A DNA stretch of 63,443 bases, filler included, from Dicyema japonicum (Eukaryota > Animalia > Dicyemida), in NCBI GenBank assembly GCA_011109175.1. It is 9 parts of 9 records of this genome, joined end to end, with 100 filler letters (N's around TTAATTAATTAA, not from the genome) between each part and the next. Parts side by side here need not be neighbours in the genome. Positions count along the whole stretch, not along the records: positions 7,514 to 38,096 come from RDEW01000139.1; 8 more parts are not named here. One strand, given 5' to 3'. The notes beneath the pieces are model-generated. The model saw only the letters and a list, made by a program, of their open reading frames with translations, was not told the DNA's origin and did not search any database. Positions 12,708 to 25,760 of this stretch are shown here, piece by piece (position 1 is the first letter of the stretch; each line of letters opens with the position of its first letter). The translations under genes were made by a program, and so were the position numbers.

Positions 12708-13271
12708 GGTCTTTTCATGGGCTGGTTTTACTATCTCTGTTTTGGATTTGAACCGAGGAATCATTCCCACATCAATCCGATCTCGACTAGACACCTCAAA
12801 CACTTTTTCAACGTCCTTCTATCCCTCGTTTCCCTTGCAGGCTGGATATATTTTATATTTCAATGTTGTCTTAAGTATGGGATTGTGTATATGATTTGCC
12901 ACTATTTTGCCCCTGTCGCCGTGTTTGGGGTGTATATTGTGGTTATTACGTTTCTCCACCACCACGACGTCGGTGTTCCGTGGTACTCTGACCATGAGTG
13001 GGATTATGTGAGGGGACAACTTTCGTCCATCGATAGACATTACGGGTGGTGTCACGGGGTCATTCATAACATTGGAACTCATCAAATTCATCATTTATTC
13101 CCAATCATTCCACACTATCACTTGGAAGAGGCAACACAGTTTTTCAAAAAAAAATTTCCGCATTTAGCGAGGGAGAATTCTCGGCCTATTTATTCTGAAT
13201 TCGACCATATGTACTGGAAGTATGTTCAAAACAGAATCATCGACGATAGTAAGTCTATCCATGTCTATTAA
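12708..13271 (+). CDS. Methyl-end (omega-3/Delta-12 type) fatty acid desaturase, 3' part only (5' end lost at the N join 12707)
   Basis: ITFLHH..VPWYSDHEWDYVRGQLSSIDRHYG..HNIGTHQIHHLFPIIPHYHLEEAT (third His box); uninterrupted to TAA. Confidence 0.9.
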   Translation, partial: GLFMGWFYYLCFGFEPRNHSHINPISTRHLKHFFNVLLSLVSLAGWIYFIFQCCLKYGIVYMICHYFAPVAVFGVYIVVITFLHHHDVGVPWYSDHEWDYVRGQLSSIDRHYGWCHGVIHNIGTHQIHHLFPIIPHYHLEEATQFFKKKFPHLARENSRPIYSEFDHMYWKYVQNRIIDDSKSIHVY

Positions 13272-13699
13272 CCGGTCACTTCTTGTTCTTGTGTCTTGAA
13301 ATATGAGTTCATTATTTTTGATTTTTAAGGCTAACGAGTTTAATTTGTATTTTATGATTGTCCACTTTAATTTAGGAATGCTCTTTTTAATCTGTTAACC
13401 CAAGATGGATTAATACGAATCGGATATTAATTATCAAATTAGATCAATTAGTTTTCATTATGATAATTATAATAAGGAAAAATTCAAAGAAAAATTTTAA
13501 CAAGTTAACAAAAGCAGTTACTTTCGAGATTTGAAAGAGAATAAACTTGCTCTTTAAATCAAAAATCATGTTAAAAATAAGTTAAAAAACCAACTAATTA
13601 CAGTTTTAACATTTTTATCTACAATTAATTTAAAATTGATCTGTTCATAAAACCACATGTGAGTCATTAAAAGTGAAAATTGGCGATTAACAAAAAATG

Positions 13700-14130
13700 C
13701 TTTTGACACCTTTGAGATTCCGTGGCAGCTGGAGCCCTATGGCCTTAACAGGGAAGATGGTAAGAGGCCAGACGCCGTCTCGCTTTTTCCGTACAAGTGC
13801 GGTAAAGCGATCGTCTGGGACGCGACATGCTCTGACACTTTTGCGTCAACATGTCTTCTCGCGTCTGCGATCAAAGCCGGGACAGCAGCGACAAAGCGGA
13901 GGTTCGCAAAACTAACAAATACGGATCTCTTCTGGACAGATTCCTCTTTGAACCAGTGTCAGTCGAAACCTCTGGCACACTAGGTTCATCAACGCTACGT
14001 TTCTTCACCGAGAGAGGCCGCCACCTCGGAAGAATTAGAAACGACCCCCGCGAGCTCAGTCGGCTTTTTGAGCGCGTCTCAATAGCTGTACTTAGGGGAA
14101 CAGTTTCTCAATTCTTTCGCGGGTAGTAGC
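13700..14130 (+). mobile_element. CRE-like non-LTR element, C-terminal RLE fragment
   Basis: LEPYGLNREDGKRPDAV..VWDATCSDTF..AEVRKTNKY..PVSVETSGTLG (PD-(D/E)xK core). Confidence 0.8.
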
Positions 14131-14284
14131 TGATTATCTTTTGTTCCTTACTTTTGATTATTTGGTAATAAATGGCATTTGATAGTCTATTTCCAACGAT
14201 TTGGCGAGTGGTGACGTGCCTCGTCTTTTCTGTACAGCGGTTTAGAAAAATGTCTGAAAAACACTCATTAAAAATCAAGAACTC

Positions 14285-17200
14285 AGGCTAATGACGTTCA
14301 ACGTACATGGAATATCGAAAGTTTGACAAGGAAAGTACTTTGTGACGATCTCGAGAAATACAAAATGTCCATTCTTGGTTCCGGGTTGATTCCCAGAGGG
14401 TGCCTGTGCCGGAAGCTCCTTTCGGGTTTGACAAGTGACGCCGTCATTGACATCTCATCACACGCGGATTCGAAGCATTAGCTGAATTTCGGATGGGACG
14501 TCTTGAGCTTCCTAGTCTAAGCAAAACAAACAGCCGCACGCAATTCAAAAAGAAAAGGCACTAAAAGAAACATGAGAAACTTCATTCCTATAAAAAATTC
14601 ATTCCTTCCAGATTAATTAGATTAACTAACTTTCTCGTTCTGTCTCTTGCTCTTGCAAAACTGTGTGGCTGGCACAAGCAGAACCTTAGGCACATTCGTG
14701 CCCGGGCTACGCGGACGTGCTGCTATATATATAATACTCTAATAATGCTTTCTCGTCCCTTTTCTTTGCTGCGGGGGATATGAATGCAAAGGCTGGAATG
14801 CGAATGGGGCCCGAAGAATCCTCTATTGGAAGACACGGGTGCGGAAGAAATCCATCTGTAGCCTCTTTGGTGAACTTCTGCGAGGTGAATAGCCTTTTCT
14901 GTGCAACACGGCCTTCATACACTTAGCTTGCAACAAGACGACGTAGCACGGACTAAGAAAAAACTCTGTCGGGGAGACCGTGAATATATATGATCAAATC
15001 GACTACATTATCTACTAAAGTCTGATAAACACTGTCTAAATGATGCATGCTTCTACCAGGGGACAACAACAGACAGCGACCACAGGATCGTCATTGTAAA
15101 CTCTGTGTGGGGAGAAACACACTGAAAACGCGAAGATGACGATACAAAGGCCCAATATATACTTTCAGACAGAAAAAATGTGGTTAGAGCCCACTTGTAG
15201 AGATAAATATCACAAACAAATCGAGACTCTTATGGAGAAAACCGCACCGGAATCATCAGTGCAAACTTTGTGGGATCAAACAAAGCAGGTAATCTCCAAG
15301 TCGGCCAATATACACTTAATGCAGAAAAAAGTGACCACTTAAAAATAATGCAATATATCAGTTTGGTTATCATTCAAAAAAATTCCAAAAGCTAACAACC
15401 TGTTATTTTTATGATAAACATATTATACTTAAAAATTGACTATTTGTATTCTAAAATCTGTCTTAACGATGATTTTTTAGAATATCTATTTCCATTAAAA
15501 AAGTGACCACTTAAATATTTCCTTAAAATATTAAATGTTTTATCATTATTTTTTTAAATAAGCACTTGCCTAAGCACTTGAATGCCGAAACACTTGTCGC
15601 AAGTGGAGAAAACTTTAATTGCCGAAGATTTAAGTAATGGACTGTCGCAAAGATTTATTGCCATAAAATACAAGATTTCGAAATCGGCGGTGCAAAAAAT
15701 ACACTTAAAAATACAAAATAATGGATCCCTGTCTAGGAGAATAGGCTCTGCAAGACCGTTAAAATTATCAAATGACATAAAACATGATATTTCTAAATAT
15801 CATGATATCAATCACTTCATTACGCTGAGGCAAATTATGGATAAAATTGACCATGATCACAGTATCACAATATGAACATCAAGTATATCAAATACGTTAC
15901 GATCTGGTGGTTATTACTAAAAACGCAATTAAAAAACCACTTTTAAGACGGGTAAACGTTGAAAAGAAAATCATTTTCAAACACATGTTTGGGTATGTCG
16001 AATGAGGAACTCAACACAATAATTTTTTTCCGATGAGTGAAAATTTAACTTATATCAGAGTGACGGATATCGATATGTACGCTATTATCCGGATAACGTT
16101 ATAATTCAGATAGCATCTACCTACTGTGAAACACGGTGTGGAACATAATGTTATGGGCTGCATTTCGTCTAAAGGCGTTGGCAGAATCGTTTTTATCGAT
16201 GAAAAAATGAATGCTGCTTATTATAAACAACTTTTGGCACAAAATCTATTTCAATCAGCTTCGGAAATGGGATTAAACAATTTCATTTTTATGCAAGATA
16301 ACGAACCAAAGCATACAGCCAAGATTGTTTGCGAATGGATACGCGAAAAAAATATTAAAACACTTGAATGGCCTCCTCAAAGCCCTGATTTAAATCCAGT
16401 AGAGCACATCTGGGCCTACATAAAGTATAAATTGCGACGGTTGGGACTACTGAACAAATCCAAACAAAGGCCGAAATAATAAGCATCTGGAATAATTTTT
16501 CCGAGGAGTTTATAAATAATTATATCAAAAGCTTCCATACCCGTGTACGAAAAGTATATAATGCAAATGGAAGACATATTAACTATTAACTCTTTGGTCA
16601 CTTTTTTTTGGAAATTGTTTTTTAAAAATCATCGTTATCACTAATAAAAGAACAAATAGTCGATTTTTAAAATAGTTTTCGTGTTTTTTTAAAAAAATAG
16701 ATATTGTTACCTTTCACAATTATTTATAAAAATACGTAAAACTATAATATATTGCATTATTTTAAGTGGTCACTTTTTTCTGCATTAAGTGTATGCCAGA
16801 GAGTCCGAATCATCACGCGCTTAAAATAGGATCACTACCCGAACGTGCCAGATATGCAAAGCATTGCAAAGAGCTACGGCTATAAGCGGAAAACACGTCA
16901 GACGAGAGTAAAAAAAGAGCTTAATATTCAACAAAGGGAACTAAAATCAAAAGATAAATAGAAAACACTCGCGGGAAATTATTACTTCCCTATTAAAAGA
17001 TGTGGAATGCCTAAACAACAATTCAAGATGTTTTTGGCTGCTGCGGATAAGAAAAGTCGAAACACCCTCCACATCAAGGACAAAGATGGAAAATTCGTAG
17101 GTAGTCCGGAAAGAAAAGGCAGAATTGATTGCAAGACACTTCGAAACACTGTTGAATAAAAAAAATATGGACTTTCCCCCTTTCGAGGGAGAAGCAAAGG

Positions 17201-17720
17201 CGTTAGAAATCCCAATCGCAGTGGAAGAGGTGGAATAAAGCGATAAAGAAACTGAAGAACAATAAGAGCGCCGGGCCGGACAACATAAGCCCTGAGCTCA
17301 TAAAATATGGGCCAAAAAAACTTAGCGACACAATTGCAAAAACCCTAATGACATAAGGTGTGGTATGGCGGACCTATGCCTACCAGCAAGTCAAGGTGGG
17401 TTCCGAGAAGGGAGGTCTATGGTGGACATTGTATGGAGTCACAGATGGCGGAATGAACCAAAAATCAAGAGCGCAACGACCGTGTTGGGAATAGATCCTC
17501 GGAGCTTTCAACTAATAAACAGACAGAAACTGATGAATCTGCTTGAGCAAATACTGGATGAATCATCAGTTAGGATAATCAGACTACTATTGGTGAACAA
17601 GACTATCTGTAAAGATAGAAGGAAAAACTTCCCGCGTTTTAAAACAACAATTAGGACACCTCAGGGTGATTCCCTCTCTTTTTACTATTCACCATGTACC
17701 ATGAATCTGCACCCGCGACC
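14285..17720 (+). mobile_element. RTE-like LINE interrupted by the Tc1 element at 15313-16791
   Basis: TFNVHG, AGDMNAKAG..IGRHGCGRRN before the Tc1; KSAGPDNISPELIKY, QGGFREGRS, TPQGDSLS after it. Confidence 0.75.
15313..16791 (+). mobile_element. Tc1 (DD34E) transposon, IR/DR type, with TA target duplication
   Basis: TA|CACTTAATGCAGAAAAAAGTGACCACTTAAAA ... inverse|TA; inner AAAAAGTGACC repeats near 15500 and 16596; FSDE, QDNEPKH-x-SPDLNPVE with 34-aa D-E spacing; frameshifted. Confidence 0.95.
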
Positions 17721-17749
17721 TCCGTAAATGCTATATAGCCTATATAGCA

Positions 17750-18070
17750 TCTTGATTCTTGAAGTTAAACTGTTTGATTTTTGTTCACTTACTTGTGAAA
17801 CCTCAGAAGTTATAGTTGACTCCATATATATTCTAAATTGGAAAAACATAATCTATCCATAACGTTGTAGGTTTTTGTGATGATAATTGCAATACAAATT
17901 TTGGCGTTTAAACAGAAAAGGACCCAAAAATGTTTATTCTAGATTAAAAAAAACTTGAGAGAGATATTATTGGTATTGGATGTGGTGCTCATATAGCACA
18001 CAACTGTATTCGACATGCAGTTTGATTTACTTCAATTGATTTAAAATATCTTGTCGTTAAAATGTACAAA
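17750..18070 (+). mobile_element. hAT-type transposase fragment
   Basis: VKLFDFCSL..ETSEVI..GFCDDNCNTNFG..IGIGCGAHIAHNC (CxxH motif). Confidence 0.65.
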
Positions 18071-18121
18071 TCTTAATAATAAAATTGTATGGTGTGTGTC
18101 TGTCTGTCTATCTGTCTGTGA
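18071..18121 (+). mobile_element. 5' end of a non-autonomous Helitron-like element
   Basis: A|TCTTAATAATAAAATTGTATGG(TG)n(TCTG)n, matching the reverse complement of 38488-38410. Confidence 0.6.
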
Positions 18122-18129
18122 TAAGATAA

Positions 18130-20900
18130 GATAGGTTTAAGTCTGCCATGTACACGTGAATAGTAATGGGCTGAGAACTGAGCCTTGAGGTACTCCCCTT
18201 TTTTTGGAGAATGGCTTTTGAATCTTGGCCAAGGTATTTGACAGAGGAGATCCTCCCATTCAAGAAGCTCTCTATCCATCCAAGGGTTTCTGCATCAATG
18301 TCACAATTTCTAAGATTTTCCAGCAAGACGGAGTGACAGACACTGTCGAAAGCCTTCGACACATCCAAACAAATAATACTGGTCGATGAACCAAAATCTC
18401 GAGCCTTGGATACAATCGAATTCATCCGACAGATGCAGTCAGCACAGGTCCGGCCCGGACGAAAGCCCTACTGATCGTGAGAAAACCAGTGATTCTTTTA
18501 CATATGCAGCACTGATCTTAGATAAATGATTTTCTTCTTTATCTTTGATGTAGAACAGATTATGCTTATAGGCCTATAGCTCGAAACCTCTTCTATAGGT
18601 TTTTTAGGTTTTCGAACCATTTGAGTTTCAGTTTTCTTCCATAACTTTGAGACTTGTCCTCTTTGCAGGCTAGAATTAAAGATGTTTGTAAGCAGAGACA
18701 GTAAACAATTTGGTGCGTGTTTGAAACAGGTTATTATCTTTTCATACCAAGTAACTGCATTTTTGGCTGTCCTTATTGCTTTCCGAGTCTCAGAATCAGT
18801 AATCGGCCAACTTCTCAATATGCTTATGTAGTTTGCTGAAGGAGGCTCCGGTAAGGAAGCAGATGGATCTGTTTCCAGAACGATTGCGAGTTGATTGCGG
18901 AGAAGTTCGGTAGTCTCCTCTTGACTGGACAGGATCCTCCCGGAAGTCGCAGACGAATTACTTCAGCCTTTGTTTGGGTTCCGGTAATTTTACTGTATGC
19001 TGTCCAAAATTTAGGGTGTTTTGGATGGAGCATTTTTGATTGGCGTAACCAAACACGTTCTTTTTCAGTTTGAGTTGTCTGGGAAAGTGATTTTTCAATG
19101 GCTCTTATTCTTTCTTTCCGTAGAGTTCTGTCTAGGGCAGGGTCGGCAAATACTTTTGGAGAAGAGCCAATTTGAACATTTTTGGAAATTTCGAAAAATT
19201 GAAGAGCCACCTTTTACACTTGTCAAAAATTTAAATTCATAAAATTAAATAGACATTAATTTAAAAAATAATTAAAAATTCATTTTAAAAAATTAAATTA
19301 ATTAGCCGCATTAATGAGAAATGTGAGTCCTCATTTCTTTGAAGAGTTGTCAATGTCTCTCTAAATTTGACTTTTTATTTTGATTCAATGTTTCCTGGCA
19401 GATGAGACATTTCGGTAGTTGTTCTGAATTAGACGTGAATGCAAAAGTTTCAGTCCATTTTGATTGAAATTGTCGCGCATTATCGATTTTTTTATTAATT
19501 TTTTTCTTGCTAGGCATATATCGATATACCACAAAAAATTAATGTTAAACGTGCAAAGATTTTTTGTTATTAACAAAACAAAAAAATAGTTAAAATTGAA
19601 ATCATTTATAAAAAAAATAGTTAAAATTGAAAGAGCCTACCGTAAGAGTTAAAGAGCCTTCAAAGGCTCGCGAGCCTGGTTTTTCCGACCCCTGATATAG
19701 TAGATGCCGTACCCGTGCCAGCAACGGCACCATCTTTCCACGGCACACCATATGAAGTATAGCCATCCAAAGTCAATATTATCACATGTTTTAATTTTGA
19801 CTTGTTTACCACTAAGATATCCGGTCGGTGGGAAGCTACGAGCTGGATTAACTAGGAACGCCGTCTCCATATTGATCTGCCGTTCACAAAGATGACCAAA
19901 AGGGAGCATTTTACATGGGTAGGTTGCAGCCCTCCCGTAGTAGCGCCACCATCTCTAGTAAATATCGCTCTTTTTCCTTAAAGATCACTTCCGCCGATCC
20001 CAATTTAATTATTTCCGCTTAAACTGATTTAAGTGACCTATCTATCGACATATTTGATTCCTTTTTAAGCGGGACTTCCATTTTAGGACGTCTGCCCCTC
20101 GTTATTTTTTTCTCCGGAATTAATATTGGGACTTTTGGAACTTCCAGCTATATAGTCTCAGTCTGCGTATAGTTGTCATTATATTTTAGGTCCATAGAAT
20201 AATCCGTTTAGGTTCCAATTGATACACTGCTTTTCTAGACTTTTGTTGACAAACGATTCTTCTAAACTGGAGTCGTAGTTTGCTGTTTCTTCAAAATTGA
20301 ACTCACACTTGGGGCTTTCTTCCAGACCGTATTCAATCCGGATTCAGAGGGTGGTCTGGCTTCTTTAATGTTGTTATTTTTAGCTGAGGGGCAGCCGCCA
20401 TATGTAGCCCAGTGTTCTAATGATCCGCAGTTAATGCAAAATTTCGGGTTTTCTCTCGGTTTTGGGCATTCTTTCCTCATGTGGACCGCCACATGTTAAG
20501 CATCTTATTTCTGCTTTGAAAAAACGTGTTATATGTCCGTAGGCTTGGCATTTATAACGACAAATTTCAGGTTTACGAAACCATGTGCAGTCAATTTTTC
20601 TGAAGTCAATGTTTAGTCCCAACCGAATTAACGAAGTTTCCTCACTTCTCGAGGGGATAGTCAGCTTTCCTACTGTTAAGTAATTTCCAGACTTCATGAA
20701 ACGTTCCACTTTAAACCTCGGTGAGAGTATCGTCGAGAGGCACTTCTCCAGTTCTTCATTACTTGCCCAGTATGGGATATTCTTTAAGAAGATCTCCGAT
20801 GGACGTAACTCAACCTGTCGTATTTGATGGCAATCCGAGCCAAAAGGTTTCAGTTCATCAAGCTTCATTTGAAAGCTCCTTCAATTGGCCTCTGCATGAG
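18130..20900 (-). mobile_element. Jockey/I/R1-type LINE with gag-like ORF1 and ORF2, interrupted by a hAT derivative
   Basis: ORF1 zinc knuckles CQAYGH, CLTCGGPH..C, CINCGSLEH; endonuclease start NGRSI..PDILVV; RT YRPISIICSTSK, DVSKAFDSVCH, GVPQGSVL. Confidence 0.8.
19138..19694 (-). mobile_element. Non-autonomous hAT (Charlie/SPIN-like) deletion derivative
   Basis: TIRs CAGGGTCGGCAAA and TTTCCGACCCCTG; encodes RQFQSKWTETFAF..CLICQETL..KSNLERH; flanks do not form a TSD. Confidence 0.75.
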
Positions 20901-21010
20901 ATCTGAACTCGAGTATAAATGAGCCATTCATTTTGCGTAAAATTCTTGCCTTTAGGGCAGTTGGAATTGAACATAGTATGTTGTATTTCTGTATTTCACA
21001 AAGTATTTGA

Positions 21011-21124
21011 CTGTCTGTGCACACCAACTTCAAATTAGCAAAATACAGATAAATTGACAAAATCCTTTCCCCTTATAATTAGCCAATAATGGGGAACAAC
21101 TATTTACAGTATTGTCTCTCGAAT
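21011..21124 (+). mobile_element. Helitron-like repeat fragment (21011-21058) followed by a Tigger TIR copy (21105-21124)
   Basis: cacaccaacttcaaattagcaaaatacagataaattg shared with 38385-38415; tacagtattgtctctcgaat identical to the reverse complement of 3975-3994. Confidence 0.65.
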
Positions 21125-21189
21125 GCCACATAACGGGGTTTATCTTTTAAAGGATAAACTAAAAAACCCTAGTAGAAATTTAAAGTGCC

Positions 21190-21365
21190 CCAAACCCCAG
21201 GATTTCGCAATATTTGAGCGAATTCATTATTCCATCTATTACAAATAATTCACCGACGCCTGTTGATGAAAAACAGCCCCACAGCATGATACTTCCTCCC
21301 CGCGCTTTATGGTAGGCATGGTGTATTTTTGGTTATACGCCTGATTGGATTTACGCTAAATTGAA
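21190..21365 (-). mobile_element. Tc1 transposase fragment
   Basis: YTMPTIKRGGGSIMLWGCFSSTGVGELFVIDGIMNSLKYCEIL. Confidence 0.8.
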
Positions 21366-21702
21366 GGTGTGTAGTNNNNNNNNNNNNNNNNNNNNNNNNN
21401 NNNNNNNNNNNNNNNNNNNNNNNNNNNNNNNNNNNNNNNNNNNNNNNNNNNNNNNNNNNNNNNNNNNNNNNNNNNNNNNNNNNNNNNNNNNNNNNNNNNN
21501 NNNNNNNNNNNNNNNNNNNNNNNNNNNNNNNNNNNNNNNNNNNNNNNNNNNNNNNNNNNNNNNNNNNNNNNNNNNNNNNNNNNNNNNNNNNNNNNNNNNN
21601 NNNNNNNNNNNNNNNNNNNNNNNNNNNNNNNNNNNNNNNNNNNNNNNNNNNNNNNNNNNNNNNNNNNNNNNNNNNNNNNNNNNNNNNNNNNNNNNNNNNN
21701 NN

Positions 21703-22130
21703 GAATTAGGACTCCTTGTCCAAGTGGAATATCTGTATGTGTCGTAAATATCCCGTTTAGAATGTCGCATAACTGATGTGCGAGTGAGCTTGGCGAGTAT
21801 TTTAGGAGTTCTCCATTGATGCCATCAATACCCGGACTCCTGCCATTATTCAATTTCCGCAAAGCAGTTTGCATTTCTGTGATAGTAATTGGAACAGTTA
21901 GACATCTGGGATCCCCGACAAACTGAGGTATGTGCTCATTGTCATTTTTGAAGAGGATTCAAAGTAGACGGCAATTTTTTCTGCCATCTCTTTTTTGTCA
22001 AGCATTCTTCTTCCATGGTCATCGTGTAGAATTAACTCTTTAGGCCTGTCCGTTCTGTTTAGCAATCGGATAGCTCGGAACATTTTTGGGCCATAATTGA
22101 GCTGCTCAGACGTGCAATTAATGATCTAAA
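21703..22130 (-). mobile_element. RTE-like LINE fragment
   Basis: MFRAIRLLNR, LRKLNNGRSPGIDGINGELLKY. Confidence 0.7.
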
Positions 22131-22299
22131 ATCGAACAAACAGAAGATTCTTGGAATTAATCAAATTTATGTGAGAAGTTGTCGTTTTCGAAACTTAGAT
22201 ATTCATTAATTGATTCTGAAATCATTACCTGGATGAATGAATGAATGTTTATTTAACGCAAAACAGAGAGAACGAAAAACAAGTTATGTGGTTAAGGAA

Positions 22300-23045
22300 A
22301 CAGGTCTTGTTATGAGACTTAGCATAGCCTTTTCGCATTGTTGACCGTTTCCAAAACCCCGAATTATCTATCATTAAAGAAAGTCTTTATTCTCTGTTCG
22401 ATGAGAGCGCCGATTGTCTCAGTCGAGTTTGCCTCCAAGTCGCTATGCGGAGTATTCACTCTACGCTTGAAAGGCTAACTTCATAGCATATCTTCTCGTT
22501 TTGTCAAAGATGTCAACACTCCGTTGTTTTTCGTTGGAGAACATCCAACTTTCGCATCCATATAAAAGTCCTAGTTCGATCACACTCTTATAGATATAAA
22601 TAAGCGTATCGGTATTCAAGTCGAAGTGAATCAAACTCTTCAGGATTCTTGTTGCTTTCTTTTTCTTCGGGGTGCATCCATTGATCCTTTTCCCATTGCT
22701 GTCAAAAACCATTCCAAGATAACGAAGACTGTGAGTCCGAACAAACTCCGATATTAGACTAACAGCCTGTCTCTCACTTCTTTCTTCGATATGTGTGTAA
22801 CTGTACATTTTCCCGATGCCAAAGAGAGACCTTTCCCTGTACACCAGTTTTTGATTCTCGAAACTAGTTTGAGAAGCCTGCATTGTGAATCCACCAATCT
22901 CCAAGACATGTCCGTTATGGGCACATCATCCGCATAAATGATAAGATTGCCATTCTGGTGTTCTGGCTTTAGAATATCTTCCATATAAATGTTGAATAAT
23001 AATGGACTAAAATGAGATCCTTGTGGAACTCCTCTTTTCAACGTC
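22300..23045 (-). mobile_element. Jockey-like LINE RT C-terminal fragment
   Basis: GVPQGSHFSPLLFNIYMED, YADDV, LRYLGMVFDS, LLYGCESW. Confidence 0.8.
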
Positions 23046-23049
23046 AAGA

Positions 23050-23690
23050 CATTTGAAATTACCTGGATAAATTAAATGGAATTTATTGGAGTTTTCCTCG
23101 AAATCAACTGAATTTACTGCGTCAAACGGTCGCTCTGAATTTAAATCCAGTAAAGGATGGCTGGAAAAGTTCAAAAAAGTCACAATGTAAAATTCTAAAT
23201 TTTTCAATGGGGAATTTGGATATACTCCGATGAGTTCAAAGAAAAAATCGAAGACTTAAAAAAAATTATCTCTTCAAAAATAAATGAAGCGAGTCAGTGT
23301 ATACAAATGTTTTCGGCACGCCAAATGGGAAAAAAAGTATTAAAGAACCTACTAAGGGAGACCATAAAATAAAGAATTTTGAACAAATTATACATAAATT
23401 AATGACCTTAGATCCCATAAAAGAAAAGGAGTTTATAGACTCGACGTAGTCTGAAAATGACAAACTTCACGAATTTCTTCAAAACAATAATGATGAAAAT
23501 GAAAAGTTAGACAGTATAATTACTGAAGATTGTGAAAGAAACATATATATTACACATCGAGATTCGATAAAAAGTGTTTTTGACTTCAAAAAATATTTTT
23601 CACATGACGACAATTGTGATGTACATATTATTGAAAGTTCAATAAAAATGCAAAAAAATATGGAGAAACGATCATGCAAAAAACTTTAAA
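23050..23690 (+). mobile_element. Internally deleted Tigger/pogo remnant
   Basis: EFKSSKGWLEKFKK (CENP-B-type HTH) plus an acidic C-terminal segment. Confidence 0.55.
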
Positions 23691-24227
23691 TGATTGAGGT
23701 TTTATCGGTGACAAAGCAAAGGCACTCTTGAACAAAATCGGAAATATGATTCTAAAACGCACACTGGATAGGACGGAGATGGAATGCCTGTTGCAGAGGA
23801 TTTAATGGCAGATTCTGAGAGGGAACTGTTTAGCTATCCGCGGCACGACCGATTAAAACTGGTCAACGAGTATTTAATATATTTGATTGGAGATGGATTA
23901 TTTGAATTCCCGAGGACCTGATATAATTAAGAACAGTCTTCAACAAACACAATTATTCCCTAACTGTTAGGGAATGTAACAAGCTTGAGCAATAAACGTA
24001 ACAAGCTTGATATCTGCTCGCGAGAGATTTCAGATTATTTTTAACACGCTTGGACCATGATATTCAGAAACTAATTAAAAAGCATGAAAACCAAGGCTCT
24101 CTTAAAGTTAAAAAAATATTTAAAATCCCTAAATGTAATTAAAAGAATTAAATAAATCTTTGTTTTTTTTGGTACACGGAATAACTTGGTTTGGTACATA
24201 GACTTTTTTTTGGGACACCAAAAAAAA

Positions 24228-25087
24228 GGTTGAGAATCACTGCCCTAATGGATACCACACAAGACATTTAATTCCTGCACAAAACCAAATAGCCTTCAGA
24301 TCCTTTCCTTTAAGTTATCCAAATATGCCAGGACAATTAATTTTATAATTCGATTATTTATTCAAATTTCTGAACGATCAGAATGTGGTTGTAGAAACTT
24401 CAAGTGGTTGGCTTTTTTTAAATGCAATTTTCGCGGAATAAAACAGTTAACTAAAATTCAACTTCTGCGATGCGATTTAGAATACGTTCTGTTGGTCTTT
24501 TCTACCCTCCCCTGTCTGTCAGATCGTCCAGATCATCTACCGATTTCAGTTTTCTTCCAATCGACTTGAGTTCGTGGTCGGTAATTTTATTCTTTTCGGT
24601 TGCCTCCTTCAAAAATGTGGACGATCTGGATGAGGCGCAATTACATAGGAACCCGCCTTCGAATTCGACTGTATAAATCCTTTGTCGAACCAATCTTGCT
24701 TTACAACGCAGGAACCTGTGGTCTAACCGGAAAGGAACTACATCTTTTGGGTATCAAATATCCTAAACGTGCCGTCAAATGTTTGTGATGTCAAATGTCC
24801 ACATCGCGAAATTAATGTCAAAATTACGTATCTAAAAAATATAAATGGATTTTTGTCCCTTAAAAATGAATCCTTTTGTAAAAAATATGAATACTTCTTC
24901 TCGTGTTAGTCAAACATATAATAAAACAAATTTAAGNCCCATTTGGGCATTAAATTTATATGATTTAGACGACTTTTTGTTACACCTCATAAAAAGACAC
25001 GTGAAAAATAAAAATATAATTAACAATTTATATATAGAAGGCGATCGACCAAGAAATGCTCGGCGATCGACTGGTTGGCCACCCCTG
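24228..25087. mobile_element. Two isolated hAT right termini (24228-24242 GGTTGAGAATCACTG; 25073-25087 GGTTGGCCACCCCTG) flanking an RTE-like fragment (24600-24790)
   Basis: Charlie-type TIR motifs; RLRIRLYKSFVEPILLYNAGT. Confidence 0.55.
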
Positions 25088-25149
25088 GACTAATCCTTTC
25101 ACGAGTATCGAAACACTTACCAAACTTCCCACACCCAACATCGTTTCAA

Positions 25150-25760
25150 AACCACTGCTCTCAACAACACTCACTTCACAACGCTGTCGCAATCGTCCTG
25201 GACGGTTTTAATGGGAAGAGACTGCCAAAACGACAGTCATAGCTTCCATCGATATCTCCAAGGCTTTGAGAGCGTCCCTCGATGTGGACTCATCAAGAAA
25301 ATTTTGTAGACCAACCTAGACTCAAACTACAAATTTTGGATCGCAAACTTCTATCGGGTCGCATGGGTTACGTCTCCCTTACGGACCATCGTTCCAACAA
25401 CGTTATCTTTCAAACAGGGTACCGCAGGGATCCGTGCTATCTCCAACTCTGTTCAACCTTTATCTGCACGACTTCCCGGCCAACGATCCTAACAACCCCA
25501 AGCTATCTCTCTTTGGCTCTGATCTCCCACTATCAAAACACCCCACTGTTCTCGGACTAACCTTCGACCCAACGATGTCCTTAACAAACATGTCTCGAAG
25601 ATCTCTGACAAGGCTAACAGGCGTACAAATATCCTGAAAGCAATAAGTGGTCGCATCACCGGTGCACAGAAATCACTGCTCAAACGTGTGTATAAACAAT
25701 ACATTCCGCCCTGTCCTAAGCTACGCGAGTCCGAGTTGGGCTCCCTTGTCTATCTATGAG
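25150..25760 (+). mobile_element. LINE RT fragment
   Basis: DISKAF, WIANFLSGR, QGSVLSPTLFNLYLHDFP, LGLTFDP. Confidence 0.75.

Noticed and set aside
3975-21124. Identical 20-bp Tigger TIRs bounding a 17-kb composite transposon
   Set aside because: The two termini face outward and are separated by a scaffold gap; they belong to separate copies
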